In this document: piece by piece, positions 26,557-39,312 of the stretch
How the letters are laid out: each line of letters opens with the position of its first letter
Numbering within the stretch: the first letter of the stretch is position 1
NCBI GenBank assembly: GCA_043228905.1
Contig: JBHGNT010000020.1
Coordinates: 11,532,001-11,596,000, forward strand
DNA from: Azolla caroliniana
Lineage: Eukaryota; Plantae; Polypodiophyta
Length of the DNA stretch: 64,000 nt
Direction: 5' to 3'
Program-made: the position numbers and the translations under genes
Notes under the pieces: generated by a model
The model's input: only the letters and a program-made list of their open reading frames with translations
The model's database searches: none
What the model was told of the DNA's origin: nothing

Positions 26557-27223
26557 TGTCGCGTTATTACGTGCGTGCGTGTAGAACGAGGCGGGACCAC
26601 GAGGGTCTTGGACCGAGGAACAAGAGAGCAGGAGGGGAGCAAGAAAGACAACAGCCATGCTTCGCACACACACAAATACACACAAACCGCAACCGATTGA
26701 ACAAGATGAATGTGTGTATGTATATATATATATATATATATATATCATATGAAAGGGGTTACAACCGGCGGGCCGGTGAGCGACAAGCTCTGACGCCTAC
26801 ACGCACACACTCACATAGACGCAAGATGGAGACTCTGCCGGAAGCACTCGGGCGTTCCGCGGAGCAGTGTCAGCCTCCCGAGAACCTGCACAACCCAAAA
26901 TATAGAGAAAGACGGAGGAGAAGAGCTCGGTCCTAGTCCGACAACACTTCGTCCTCGACAAAAGCGATCCCATTACGATTCCTCTCCCTCTCTTTTATAG
27001 CCTAAGGAGGGAGGCCGTCACAACCCGTTACATCCTCTTTACTCTCTGTCCTACAGAGATACGCCTCAATTTTCTACCTAACGAATGCGTGCTACCTAGG
27101 ATATTCACATCTGCCGACTTGTACCTAAATATATATATTACAACAAAACTTGTGCCTACGTATAAAGGCCAGTTCGCGCACATTATTCTCCGATTCCGCC
27201 TAGGGATGGTTTTCTCCATGACA
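26557..27223 (-). repeat. Gypsy D 3' LTR (667 bp)
   Basis: Direct repeat of 32889-33591; the length difference is mainly an internal (TA)n. Confidence 0.95.
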
Positions 27224-27296
27224 TCCGCCCCCACCTAATCGCGCATCCACCAGTATGCGCCAAAATAGACCCTTGCCGGAGAAGATAGGCCTGCGC

Positions 27297-30200
27297 TTAC
27301 CCCTCGTCCTCCGGATTGCCATTCGCCCCGAACCGGTCGTCCTCGCAATCCAAGTCATCCGGGTCTGGTTCGTCCTCCTGCCGCTGTTTGAACGCTTTGA
27401 TCCTTTTCCCGGTCACCGGTACTGCCATCCTCGTCCCGTCAAGCTCCACAAGATGGTAGGTCCCGTTGTCATTGGCGCTTGTCACCACGTAAGGCCCGAA
27501 CCACCTCTTTGCGAACTTCCGCATCGCCTTGTGCTGGTTATCGAGGCTGCTGTCATATACCAGAACCCAGTCGCCTTCCTTGATTTTCTTCGGTCTTAGT
27601 CGGTGAGTTCGGTCGAATCGTCCCTTGTTCTTCACTCTCGTGGCCCGCAACTTTTCTGCGGCTTGTTCCACATCCTCTGGCCTTCGCTCGAGTTGTCGAA
27701 TCCGCGCCGCTAATAGCTCCTACCGGCTCATCTCGTCTCTCCAGTCCACAGTGGCCCATGAGGAGATTGTTCGCTCCATCGGCATGACCGGCTTCTGCCC
27801 GTACATCAGCTCCGCCGGCGTGAACCCGGTTACCGAACTATGCGTAGTTTGGTCGGCCCATAACGCATAGGGTAAGAGCCGCAACCAGTTTCTGACTTGG
27901 CCTCCACATGCCCGCACTAACGCTTTGACGATCAGCCCATGTCTGCGTTCCACCTTCCCGTTCGCCTTTGGATTGTATGCCGTGGTGAGCGAGAGTTTAA
28001 CCCCTAGCCGGTCAAAGAACTCTTTAGCCTCTCTTGCGTCCAGTTCTCCGCGGTCAGCTACGATCTTTCCTACGCACTTGTACCGGCATACCACTTCTTC
28101 GATCAGAAATCGGCACATGACCGCGGTCGTTTTGTTCGGCAACACTCGGCCTTCCACCTGGTTTGTCAGGTCCTCCCATGTCAGCACCAGATATCACATC
28201 TGCCCTACCTCCACCGGCATCATCACCAGATCCACCATCCACTTGAAGTGGACAGTCGGAGGGTAGGTCGGGTGAAGCTCGTCCCGATGTCGGACTATGG
28301 AGTGCATTTGGCAGCTTTCACAGGTCGTCACAAACCGATGCACGTCCCGGTATAGTCCCGGCCACCAGTACTTCCCCTTCAGCTTCTCGAATGTGGCCCA
28401 CGTCCCGCAGTGTCCGGCTTAGGGACTCTCGTGGTACGCCGTCAACAATTCCACCTATTCCTCTTCCTTCGCCACAACCCGGAGCGAAATGTCATTTCTC
28501 TTCTTCGGGTGCTTCCATATGCACCCATCTGGTAGGAAGAACCGGTACGCTTTCGTCCGAATCCGGTTGGTCTCTTCCTTTGTCCACGCCATGTCCGATG
28601 TCATTGTCTTCAGGAACCCGCCAATCTGGAGCCACTCCCCATCGTACTTGCTCTCGTCGAACTCGTTAAGCGCCGGAGTACTCCCCTCCCTTGTTGTTAT
28701 GTAAGCCGTCTCGAAGAAGTCCACGCCGACTTCTTCGTCCTCGGAAACCATGCCGTCCTCATCATCGAATCTTGCCCTCGAAAGCATGTCAGCCATGGCG
28801 TTGTCTTTTCCGGAAATGTGTCGTATTTCCAGATTCAAGGACTTGATGTATGCTATCCACCTGAGCATTGCCAGGTCCGGCATCGCGCATCCGGAAACCA
28901 TACCAAGAATCGGCAAGTAGTCTGTCTCAATTATTACCTCCGTCCCGATCAGGTAGTCTTTATCGGCCTTGACCGCCGAAACGATACCCTAAAGTTTGCG
29001 TTTAACCTGGGCGTACCCCCGCTGTCATTCACTAAGGACTTTCGCGCCGAATCGGATGGGGAACCTCGTGCCATTCTCATCCTCCTGGTTGATCACCCAT
29101 TCGATTCCGGTCGGACTCGTGTCTACGGTCACGTAAATCAGAATGTCTTTACCGTAGACCGCTTTCCGGAGTGTCGGCGCCGCAACAAGTGCTTCTTTCA
29201 TCTTCCGGACCGACTCCGTATGCTCCTCTCTCCACTCAAAATTACGCCCTTTCTTTAGCAATCCATAGAGCGGCTTTGCGACGTGGGCGTAATGCGGGAT
29301 CCAGATATGGTAGAACGCGCATGCTCCCAAGAATCTCCGGACTTCCGTGACCGAATTGCAATCGCGCTTCATTGCGGAGATGGCCTCTACCTTGGCCGAC
29401 GACGGTTTCCGACCGAATGGTCCGCATAGGTGTACGACGACCATGATCTCTGATTACCCGAAGGCCGATTTTTCCTCGAAGAAGGTGAGACTCGCGCCCT
29501 CTAGTCTTTGCAACACCTTCTCGCAGTCATCGACGTGGTCTGCCACGAATTTCCGACATCCGTTCGGTCCAATTGTCTCGTTCTTATCCTCCATCGGGCA
29601 TCCTTTGATCGGGATGTCTTCTAAGAATGGCATGGTGATGTCCGGGATACAATCCCTTAGCACTTTGTTCATTGTGTTCACCATGTGGGCTACCGAGTTC
29701 ATCCCCTCGTACTAGGCCGAGAGGGGTCTGCATTGTCGTAATGTCCCTGCTCTCCACGACTAGTTGGAACTGATCGTATCCTGAGTACAAATCACCGACC
29801 GAGTAAATTGACCTTCCGGCGAAGGCCTCCGCGAACTCGTCTATGGTCGGCCCGATTCCTGCGTTCCGAATGGTCACCTTGTTGACCGGCTGTAGGTCTT
29901 GAATGAAGCGCAGCGTGCCGTTCTTCTTGGGCACGGTAAACCACCGATTAGAATATGGGGCACTCGACGGTTTGAGGATGCCCATATCCACCTTCTGTTT
30001 CAGCAACCGCATCAGCTTTGGGATGTGAGCTCTGGGTACTGGAATCGGTTTGAGATTCCACGGTACATGCGGTACCGTGAAGATCACCATAAGTTCCACA
30101 ATTGTCGGGTCTACGCAGCTGATTTCCTCCGGCGAGAATGCGAAGGCCTTTCTGTGCCTCCCGAGCATTCCCCGAAACCGGTCCTCCTCCGCCGGCAGTA

Positions 30201-31733
30201 GAAAGCCACCCCCACCGACCTTGAGCTTTCGTAGCGTTATGTTGGTGAATCGGTGTCCTATGCCGGCCGGATCTCGTAAACTCGGGTCCGACGCGACCCC
30301 TTTCATCCGTAACTCGTTGCCCTCTGGCAAGGGTGCCGGGACTGGCGTCACCTTCTGGTCCACAGTCTTGTACTTCGTATCCACTCGGGCCGTCTGATCC
30401 GACTCGAGTCCTCTACCGAAGTCAGTGATGACTTCGTACATCTTTTCTGAACATACCGGAATCGTTCGGTCTTCACTAAGGCCCTCGTCGAACACCTTCC
30501 TTAACTTCCCCAAGGTGTCATCAAGAGAGACCGCCTCCATGGCTCCATTGATTTCCTCTTCCGGGGCGAGAACGCCACATGCCCTGAGTTGCTCTTCTAC
30601 CCGCTTCTCCCAGCCAACGACGTCGGTTATTGTACAACCTCCGCTATCGGAGAACCAAAACTTCCTACCTATGGTACAAGTTCTTCTGCCTATTGTACAC
30701 GTGTGGGGTTTTTCCGAAGTGTCCAGACTATCGCGGCCCAACACCTTGATAGCCCTCTCTAAAAATCCCCTCGGTTTTCGCCTCCGAGGGTCTCGCGGTT
30801 ACGTTCGTGGTTTGGTCGTACCGTCAGAAACTGAACGGAGTGACGCCTGTCTGAACCGTTTTCTAGCACCTTCATCTCCATTCGTGCCGTTGTGATGTAC
30901 GGTTCTCCGAGTATCACCGGGTGCGAGGATGTCTCCTGCAGAAAGAAGTGTTGATCGATCTCAACATCACCGATTTTCACTCATACATTTGGGCAGGCTC
31001 CGTGTAGCTCCTCTGTGGCGTGCGTCGCCGCTCGTATTTTCCACCCGTGCTTGGTGTTGATTGGCCACTTGCCCTTCTTGTAAAAGTCCATGGACATCAG
31101 GTTGATTTCCGAACCATGGTCTACCAATGCCACCATCGGCTCCTGGACATCTCCGATCTTAACGGGGGTCTCCGTAGTGGCTTTGGCCCAATGTAGCCTC
31201 GAATAGTGGCTTTCCGCCAACTCGTCTTCCAGGGCCATGTCTTCTAGGTGCGTTGTTCGCACCTCCACCGGCTTCTCCGGCTCCAGCTCCGTCTAAAGCC
31301 TCTTCCGCTTCACCAAGTCTACGATGGAGTCGTGGAACTCCTTTTTAGCGATACCGAGCACTTCCCTCAGTGACAGCTCCATTTTGCTGTCAAGGATCCA
31401 TTCCTCCAGGACCTTTCGTAGGTCCGTGTTTCTTTCGATCTATTTGCTCAAATGATAACTGACCTTCTTGGCCTTGTCCGGTGCACCGGATGCACTGGCG
31501 TCATTCTTCCTCTGCCCGAACCGGGTCTCATACCGTTTTGAGGGTCTATCCCCTCCGGCTTTTCCCGTACACTTCTCTTCCATCAGAACCTCGTATTTCT
31601 GGCACGCAGCTTCTACGAAGCCCGTCTTTTCTTCGACCGGGTCACTCCACCCGGTTACCTCCCAGACCCGCCTTTCTACGCGGTCCGCTTCCTCTTTCCT
31701 TAGTCGTACACCAGCAAGGCCTTCTAGCATCAA
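27297..31733 (-). pseudogene. Gypsy D gag C-terminal region and pol (protease, RT, RNase H, integrase), fragmented
   Basis: ORF pieces 31440-31733, 30981-31268 (PR), 29584-30744 and 29454-29702 (RT, ITMPFLEDIPIKG), 29025-29444 (RH, VTVDTSPTG), 28455-28916, 27720-28187 and 27297-27671 (IN, RWFGPY). Confidence 0.92.
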
Positions 31734-32845
31734 CGGCCAGAACCCGGAGTCCTTCGTCTTCCGGACTTCGTCGCTCTCGACCCGGATTCCTGCCGACGCC
31801 GAGTAGTGGACAGTCTCCGCGTGGCGAGCCGCCGCTTCATTCCCCCTCGTCTAACGTTCAGTTCCAGGGCCCTCCTGGTTTTGCTAGCGTGCACACGCTC
31901 GTTCCACAGGTACACCACGATAGACCTTATCGCTTCGGCGAAATCCCCGCAGTCCTTCCGAGCGTGGCCGACCGCATCGCACCTCAAGCACTGATGCCCG
32001 GCCAGAGGCCTTCGGTCGCGGGCTTGTTCGCCGCTGTCCGTCCGTGCCTGTGCAATCTGGAGGTCCCTCACCATCCGAGTCAGCTCCTCTAGAGCCGCAC
32101 CTCCGGACGGGCCCTTGACCACGCTGGTCGAAGTCGAGCCGGTCTCAAGACAATCTCGGGTCTCCTCCCTTCGCGCCGGTGGGGGTACCTCGAGCTTCCT
32201 TGCCAGAACAGAGCATGCCCCCGCCGAGCCTTTATCGACCAAATCTCTCCATTTGTCGAAACGGTCGTAGACTATCTTCACCACGGCCCAGTCGGCTGTC
32301 AGCCCATCGTCGGTCTCTAGCAGGAGGCCCATTTGCTCCCGGTCCCTCACGTCCACGGATTTAACGAACAATAGGACACGACTTGTGTCCAGTACGGTCT
32401 GGTCCAGCGCCGAAAGACGCGCGAAGCATTCTTCAAACTCCCGGTGGAGCACCGACGCGTTTCTCCCCTTTTCGGGGGTCTCCACCCATTCCATGAAGTC
32501 CCGCTTTGATAGCCGAAGCGCGTCATCAAGCCCGTATTTCTCAAGGAGCCAACCTTCAAACTCTTCCCAAGTCCGGCTCTCAGTCCGTACCTCGAGCACC
32601 TCCGCATGGATGCTCGGCATTGCCACCCGAGGGAATCTGGCCAATTGTCTGTCCTCCGGAATGTCCCTCATCACCATTTCGGCTCGATAGGCCTCCAAAT
32701 AGCTCGTGACGTCCTTTCCACCGAACTGGCCTATCGTGCCGACGATCGCTTCAATGGCCCTATCGAGGGCGGTTGTGCCTTCGCGCACACTCACTATCCG
32801 ATCCACAGCTGAAGCCATGGCTTCTACAAGCTCTAATCCCCTCAT
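31730..32845 (-). pseudogene. Gypsy D gag with CCHC zinc knuckle
   Basis: 371-aa ORF with FGGKDVTSYLEAY and CLRCDAVGHARKDC; ATG about 20 nt after the PBS. Confidence 0.88.
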
Positions 32846-32866
32846 CTTTCTATCCCTCTGCCGCCT

Positions 32867-32884
32867 TTCACGTCGGGTTCACCA
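32867..32884 (-). promoter_or_regulatory. Primer-binding site complementary to the tRNA-Trp 3' end
   Basis: Minus strand TGGTGAACCCGACGTGAA, 4 nt from the 5' LTR. The plus strand TTCACGTCGGGTTCACCA matches the plant cytosolic tRNA-Trp(CCA) 3' end as I recall it. Confidence 0.85.
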
Positions 32885-32888
32885 AATA

Positions 32889-33048
32889 TGTCGCATTATT
32901 ACGCGCGTGCATGTAGAACGAGGCGGGACCATGAGGTTCTTGGACCGAGGAACAAGAGAGCAAGAGGGGAGCAAGAAAGACAACAGTCGTGCTTCGCACA
33001 CACACAAATACACACAAACTGCAACCGATTGAACAAGATGAATGTGTG

Positions 33049-33089
<41 letters not shown>

Positions 33090-33591
33090 ATATATATATA
33101 TATATATATATATCAGATGAAAGGGGTTACAACCGGCGGGCCGGTGAGCGACAAGCTCTGACGCCTACACGCACACACTCACACAGATGCGAGATGGAGA
33201 CTCTGCCGGAAGCACTCAGGCGTTCCGCGGAGCAGTGTCAGCGTCTCGAGAACTTGCACAACCCAAAATACAGAGAAAGACGGAGGAGAAGAGCTCGGTC
33301 CCAGTCTGACAGCACTTCGTCCTCGACAAAAGCGATCCCATTACGATTCCTCTCCCTCTCTTTTATAGCCTAAGGAGGGAGGCCGTCACAACCCATTACA
33401 TCATCTTTACTCTCTGTCCTACAGCGATACGCCTCGATTTTCTACCTAACAAATGCGTGCTACCTAGGATATTCACATCTGCCGACTTGTACCTAAATAT
33501 ATATATTACAACAAAACTTGTGCCTACGTATAAAGGCCAGTTCACGCACATTATTCTCCAATTCCGCCTAGGGATGGTTTTCTCCACGACA
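32889..33591 (-). repeat. Gypsy D 5' LTR (703 bp)
   Basis: Direct repeat of 26557-27223, adjacent to the PBS. Confidence 0.95.
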
Positions 33592-34383
33592 ACGGGTTCC
33601 TCCGGATGGGAAGAGAAGAGTCGAGTTGATGAGGAACTTGGCCTCGGCCAAAACCGAAATCGTGTAGACAACCAACTCGGAAGACTATACTTGTAAATAG
33701 TCTAAATATGCCCTTATGGGCTACACTTGTAAATAACCCAAAAGGTGTACTGGTATAAGTACTTAGGGCAATCTTAATGTTATAACGATGAGTTATTGTT
33801 AAAAGGTTACTTAGAACGTCGTTGCCTCTGTAACTGTGTAACAATAAGTGAGTGAGAGCGAGAGCGTGTGTAACTCTGTAGCCATTTGTTGATGAAGTAG
33901 AATCTCGAGGTCGTTGGCTCGGAGCTTCTAGTTGTACTCCTCCTTTTAGCATAGTGATTCTGTTTCTTGGGGTTTGTGGACCCCCATGGTTTTTCCTATT
34001 TCGGGTTTCCACGTTAAAATTGTGTGTTTCTTTCTCTTGTGCTATTTCTGTTCTTCGTACTCTGTTTGAGTGCATTCTACTTTACGTTCCCTGCACCCGA
34101 ACATCCGAACGAGGAGCCGGTTGTGGCCGATCATGATTCTTGACAATATAAAGCACCCTCCTCATACTTCATATTAAGTTGGTTGTGACTCCTTGTAATG
34201 CTACATTTTTGTATTTCATATTCTCCTTGTGAATATACATCTTCTTCTTCTTGAGTATTCTATTTCCATTCTATCTAATCTACCTTGTGTTTTCTCTTCT
34301 CTCATCTCTTTTCTCTCACACAAACACACATAACACACATCTCTTCCGCTACACAAGAATCATGTTCGATTCTTTACACATAC

Positions 34384-36900
34384 ACACCCATGCAGAATGG
34401 AGTGGCAGAACAGATCAATCGAACAATCTAGGAGATGGCGACGACAATGCTCCAACAAGCTGGACTAAAGCTGGAGTTCTGGGCTGAAGCATTGCAAACG
34501 GCAGTATATTTGATCAATATGTTGCTGTCAAAAGCAATCAGGCTTGAAGTGCCACGTGCATTATGGTCAGACAAACAACTAACCTACAATAGGCTCCGTA
34601 TATTCGGATGCGAATGCCTACGCGTTCATCCCTAGGGAGAAAAGGACCAAGATGGCACCCCATGCAACAAAGTGCATATTTCTCAGTTATGGAACCGATG
34701 GGGAATTCGGTTATAGGCTATGGGACCCAGAGAACTGGAAATTGATCCGGAGTAGTGACGTAGTCTTCAATGAAGACTCTATCTTCTCTCAGCGGAACCA
34801 TCAGAAAATAGTGGGTAAAAAGGTATCCTTCGAAGGTGACATAGTTGTCGTAGAAGGACTGACCCACCAGGCCGACTCAAAGATTCGACAAACAACTGAA
34901 CTCGAACAACCCGACAATATACCTGCCGACTCTGAATCGACAACATGTCCAGTAGTCGAACTCAAAGACAAAGTCAAACTCAACAAAGACAAAGTCAAAT
35001 TGACGAGAGGCGGGAATGACAGATTCAAAAGAGTCAGAGTCCAACCGACCGAAACACCAGATATGGCTCAAATGAGACTCGAGTCAAACGAGTACCCAAG
35101 GGAGAACGACATTACACCGTCGAAATATCATCATGAGGACGGGTCATCCAATAAGACTCCTGACACAAATGGTTCAAGAAATACCAATCGACCAACAAAA
35201 CCGATCGAAGGATCTGATCCACTCATCTCGCCACCCAGGAGGTCTGGACGAGCTCGAAGGTAGATAGAGTTCTATCAACCGGGCCTTGACTATGTCCATT
35301 CCACCGATGCAGGCGAACCCAACACATATGACAAAGTTATGGCCACACCGGATGCCGACACATGGCTACAAGAAATGAAATCCGAAATGAACTCAATTAA
35401 CAGGAATCAGACATGGGAGCTGGCTGAACTACCAGCTGGAAGAAAGTCGCTACCTTGCAAATGGGTATTCCGATACAAATGTGGATTTGATTCTGAGAAA
35501 CCCAACTACAAAGCTTGGCTCGTCGCAAAAGGATTCAAACAAGAATATGGGGTCGACTACGACGAGATATTCTCACCAGTAGTCATTGCTCAAGATGACC
35601 ACCCTTCGACTCCTCCTAGGAGTCGTAGCGATAGAACACCTAGAGCTCAAGCAGATGGACGTAAAGACGACATTCCTACATGGAGATCTAGAAGAAGACA
35701 TCTACATGTCAACCGGCAGACTTCACGGCGACGAGGGAGGAATGTCACCTCGTATGTTGACTGAAGAAAAGTCTTTATGGCTTGAAATAGGTGTCGACGA
35801 TGTGGTACCAGAAGTTTGACTCCTACATCAGGTAGCTTGGATACTGCCGATCAAACTCCGACCCATGCATGTACATTTGGCAATTGGCCGACGAGTCTAG
35901 GATTTACCTGATCCTATATGTCAACGACATGTTGATTGTAGGTAGCAATAAAAAAGAAATAAGGAAGCTAAAGCGGAACCTTCACCACAAGTTCGCAATG
36001 AAGGAACTCAAACAAGCCCATCACATACGGGGCATGAGGATCGAGCGAAATCAAACAACAAAGTTTCTCCGACTCTCCTAGTCTGACTACATCTGAAAGG
36101 TGCTGAAACGCTTTAACATGGAGAATGCGATGCCAACACCAACACCGCTTCCGACATCGATCCGACTATCGAACAAAGACTCCCCTTCAACGGACAAGGA
36201 GAGAGAGCTTAATGGGAAGATGCCCTATGCATCGTCCGTAGGAAGTATCATGTACGCAATGGTGGCGACCCGACCCGACCTAGCCTATGTCGTAGGGGTG
36301 GTTAGCCGGTACATGTCAATCCTAGGACGGAAGCATTGGGAGGCTGTCAAGCACATCCTTAGGTATCTAAAAGGAACCATTGATGGACAACTAACTTTGA
36401 GTTTCACAACCTTAATGGAAGTCGAAGGCTACAGTGACTACGATTATGCCGGAAATACGGACAATCGAAAGTTGACATTAGGCTACATCTTCACCTATGG
36501 TGGCGGTGCGATGTCATGGAGGTCGAAACTTCAAGATTGCACGGCTCTGTCGACCACAGAGGCTGAGTACATAGCACCATCATAGGCAGCGAAGGAAGTG
36601 ATTTGGCTGCACTGTTTGTCTGCCAACATCTCAGCTACCAGCCGAATCGACCGACCAACGTCGACCATCTATTGCGACTCACAGAGCGCAATTCATGTCA
36701 TCAACAATCCTATCTATCACACAAATACAAAGTATATTGAGGTGTGTTATCATCACATCTAAGAGCTTATTACTAAAAAAAAACTCGAAGTCCGGAAGAT
36801 CGACACCGAGGTGAACATCGTCGATTACTTGACAAAGCCACTCCCAGTTCAACTCTTCGGAGCATTGAGGAAAAAGATGGGACTACGACAAGAGACTGAG
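34384..36900 (+). pseudogene. Copia A pol: integrase C-terminal part, RT and RNase H
   Basis: [79 protein letters not shown]. Confidence 0.93.
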
Positions 36901-37145
36901 CAGAAGGAAGCTGAGCAAGGAGCAAAAGGTATGTCGGAGATACAACAAAATTTGGACAAGATTCGAACAAGTCGATCCGGATGACTAGCCAAATCAAGCT
37001 ATATACCGACTATATCTCTACCGACCTAGCTACATGCCGAACAACTTGTAATCATAACTCTAGATTAAAAGTGTAACCTAGGTTCACAGGGGAGATAACC
37101 CCATAAAATTGTAATAAGAAAGAGTAGTCCTTTTACAGGGAAGTT

Positions 37146-37446
37146 TGTTAGCATAAAAGGATGACTCCTCCCAATTTGTATCTTAGTGTGAACACGTCCA
37201 AATAGTTAGGGCTAAGTATATAAGTAATAACTGAACGTTGTAATGTACAAAGAGAGAGCTTCTTGATCATTCTTGTATTATGAGTCTCTAAGAGAGAGAG
37301 ATAGAACGAATGCAATAAGAGAGCTTCCATTAAAGCTTAAACTATGTCTATCTTCTGTTGTATCTTCTTGCCTCCATTCTGTGTGTAGTTTGCCGAACAC
37401 ATACGACGGATCCTCACACATACGTTTCCACACAAATTCAACAACA
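37146..37446 (+). repeat. Copia A 3' LTR
   Basis: Direct repeat of 24154-24454, preceded by purine-rich acagggaag. Confidence 0.93.
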
Positions 37447-37852
37447 CAAGGCATGTTGTTGATTATTCGATATTGTTGTTGTCTTGTTCTCTATGGGCAA
37501 GGAAACGGCTCCTACTAAGCCAACATCTTCCACATTGGAAAGAGATTATAGAGGATCATTACTAACTTGGCATACATTTGCATCATATTGTGATCATGAT
37601 TCACCTAATCCTTGCAAGGAAGCACTATGATCTATACTTGCATAGGTATGCATAGGCCCCACTATTTTATTTGCTAATGAATGTTTTTTGCCTCTTGGTC
37701 TCCACCTCTCATCCTTGGAGGATTGAACATTTTCTCCATGTTTAGTTCCTACAACCAACTAAGATGGTTGGCCCTTATCCAAGTCAACATGTTGAACACT
37801 TATATGAACAATAGATGTATCATTTTGAGGCCAAAACCCCATGTCTTTTTTG

Positions 37853-37898
37853 TGCAATCTTTCAAGACATGGCCTTTCTACTTGCAATAAAAACATTG
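37853..37898 (-). pseudogene. L1 ORF1 CCHC zinc knuckle remnant
   Basis: Minus strand reads QCFYCK*KGHVLKDC. Confidence 0.7.
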
Positions 37899-39256
37899 AC
37901 CATGCATATCGACATATTGGTGGGTCTATCCACTCAAGTGGAGCCCATGACATGGAGTCGGTTGACAGCTGGCTACCGACTAAGTGTTGAATCAGCTTTG
38001 CCTCAACTCATGGCCAAAAAGTGGAAATAGTTACAATTATTTTTAACTAGGGAGTGTGAGAACGTTGTGAAGCTTTTGCAGAACAAAGAAACAAGGTGTA
38101 AGAGCTCAACTAAGGGGCGATCGAGAGCGAGAACTTGTTGCAGATGAGAAGACCGAGATCTAGCAAGGTGTTGTCCGAACTACCAAAGAGTCGACAACAA
38201 CTTTTCTGTCTATTTGTAACAGGTTCATTTGTTGTATGGTTTTTGTTCTTGTTTCTTTGTTGCTCATTCCATCCGGTAGGGTGAATATTGTTACCAAGGT
38301 TGTAGCCTTGAAATATATGTGTATTCCTCTAGTGTAAGCTCTAGAGTCTATCAACACATTGTATACTTAGAAAATAGTGAATATGTTTTGGAACCTAAGG
38401 TTCCCATAGTTTTTCCCATTTTGGGGGGAATTTCCACGTTAAAAATATGGTGTACTTTCATCTTGTCTTGTGGTTTCATTCATTGTTAATTGTGTTGGAA
38501 GTCTAAATCATCCTGATTCAGATCCATATTCCTAACAAGTGGTATCAGATTCGAGGTTTATACCCTCCGCAAAACTTGGAATATGGATGAATCACTTGGC
38601 GGGATGATTAAGTTGACCGAATCCAACTACCCCATATGGAAGTCCAAAATGAGGGACATGCTAGTATGCAAAGACTTGTGGTTGCCCGTACTACATGGTA
38701 CGAGCAAACCCGAGAACATAGATGCATTAACATGGGAAGCAATGCATCTAAACACAACAGCATACATACGTTGTTTTATAGACATGAGTCTATATAACAA
38801 TTTCAGTGATGAAACCAAAGCAAACGAGTTATGAAAGAAAATCGAAAGAATGTTTTAGACCAAAAATTCCTTAAATAGAGTCTTTGTGTTTAGAAAACTT
38901 GTAAGACTTAGATATGAAGATTGCTCTAGTATGGCAGAGCATCTAAATACGTTTCAAGGACTAATAAGTCAAACTGTCTCTTTACATATACCTCCAACAA
39001 ATGAGGTGTTGACCTTGTTATTGTTAGGCGCTCTCCCAGATAGTTGGGAAACCCTTGTTGTGACACTTGGGATTGCAACACAACCAAAAGAGCTGACATT
39101 GGACATGCTTAAGTCGAGTCTTCTACATGAAGAAGCACGATGAAAGGAGCATGACTCCAACTTTGACCATAAAGCCTTCATCATAGAAAACAACTCCTCT
39201 AGAGGAAGAAGCCATGCTAGGGTGCACAAAATCATAGAAATAACTCTAAGAGGAGT

Positions 39257-39312
39257 ATTTCAAGGCTACAACCTTGGTAACAATATTGTTACCAAGGTTG
39301 TAGCCTTGAAAT
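39257..39312. repeat. Perfect 56-bp palindrome derived from LTR sequence
   Basis: atttcaaggctacaaccttggtaacaat|attgttaccaaggttgtagccttgaaat. Confidence 0.97.

Larger units (their letters stand above)
26557..33591 (-). mobile_element. Full-length Ty3/Gypsy LTR retrotransposon D (no chromodomain), decayed
   Basis: LTRs 26557-27223 and 32889-33591 (TGTCG..CGACA). 4-bp TSD ACGA/ACGG. PBS at 32867-32884 and PPT aggtgggggcgga at 27224-27236 (minus strand). Domain order gag, PR (LVDHGSEIN), RT, RH, IN (with GPY motif). Confidence 0.96.
26503..34133 (+). mobile_element. Solo LTR C (pieces 26503-26556 and 33592-34133) inserted in solo LTR B
   Basis: tgttgtag..ggccgatca with imperfect 4-bp TSD TGGT/TGAT. 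TATA-like tatatataag at about 26536 and a U5-like gggtttccacgttaaaa motif, similar to that in the Copia E LTRs. Confidence 0.68.
26306..34378 (+). mobile_element. Solo LTR B (pieces 26306-26502 and 34134-34378) inserted in Copia A integrase
   Basis: tgttgagaatc..tctttaca with TSD CATAG/CATAC (one mismatch). Removing it restores integrase RHQKTIP-YTPMQNGVAE. Confidence 0.82.
24154..37446 (+). mobile_element. Ty1/Copia LTR retrotransposon A (decayed, carrying nested insertions)
   Basis: 301-bp LTR pair 24154-24454 and 37146-37446 (TG..CA). TSD CAAGG at 24149-24153 and 37447-37451. Degenerate tRNA-iMet PBS tagtatcaaag at about 24460. Gag ATG at 24556 (KFDGKNFAPWKEMMQDVL), protease WLLDSGATFH, integrase, RT (LILYVNDMLIVG) and RNase H to about 36900. 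Confidence 0.95.

Noticed and set aside
32867-32884. tRNA-Trp gene
   Set aside because: Only the 3' 18 nt including CCA are present, next to an LTR; this is a primer-binding site.
26556-33373. Duplicated + strand ORFs (26556-26936, 32888-33373) and antisense ORFs across Gypsy D as accessory or env-like genes
   Set aside because: They lie in the LTRs (spanning a TA microsatellite) or shadow GC-rich pol; no domain or transmembrane signature was seen.
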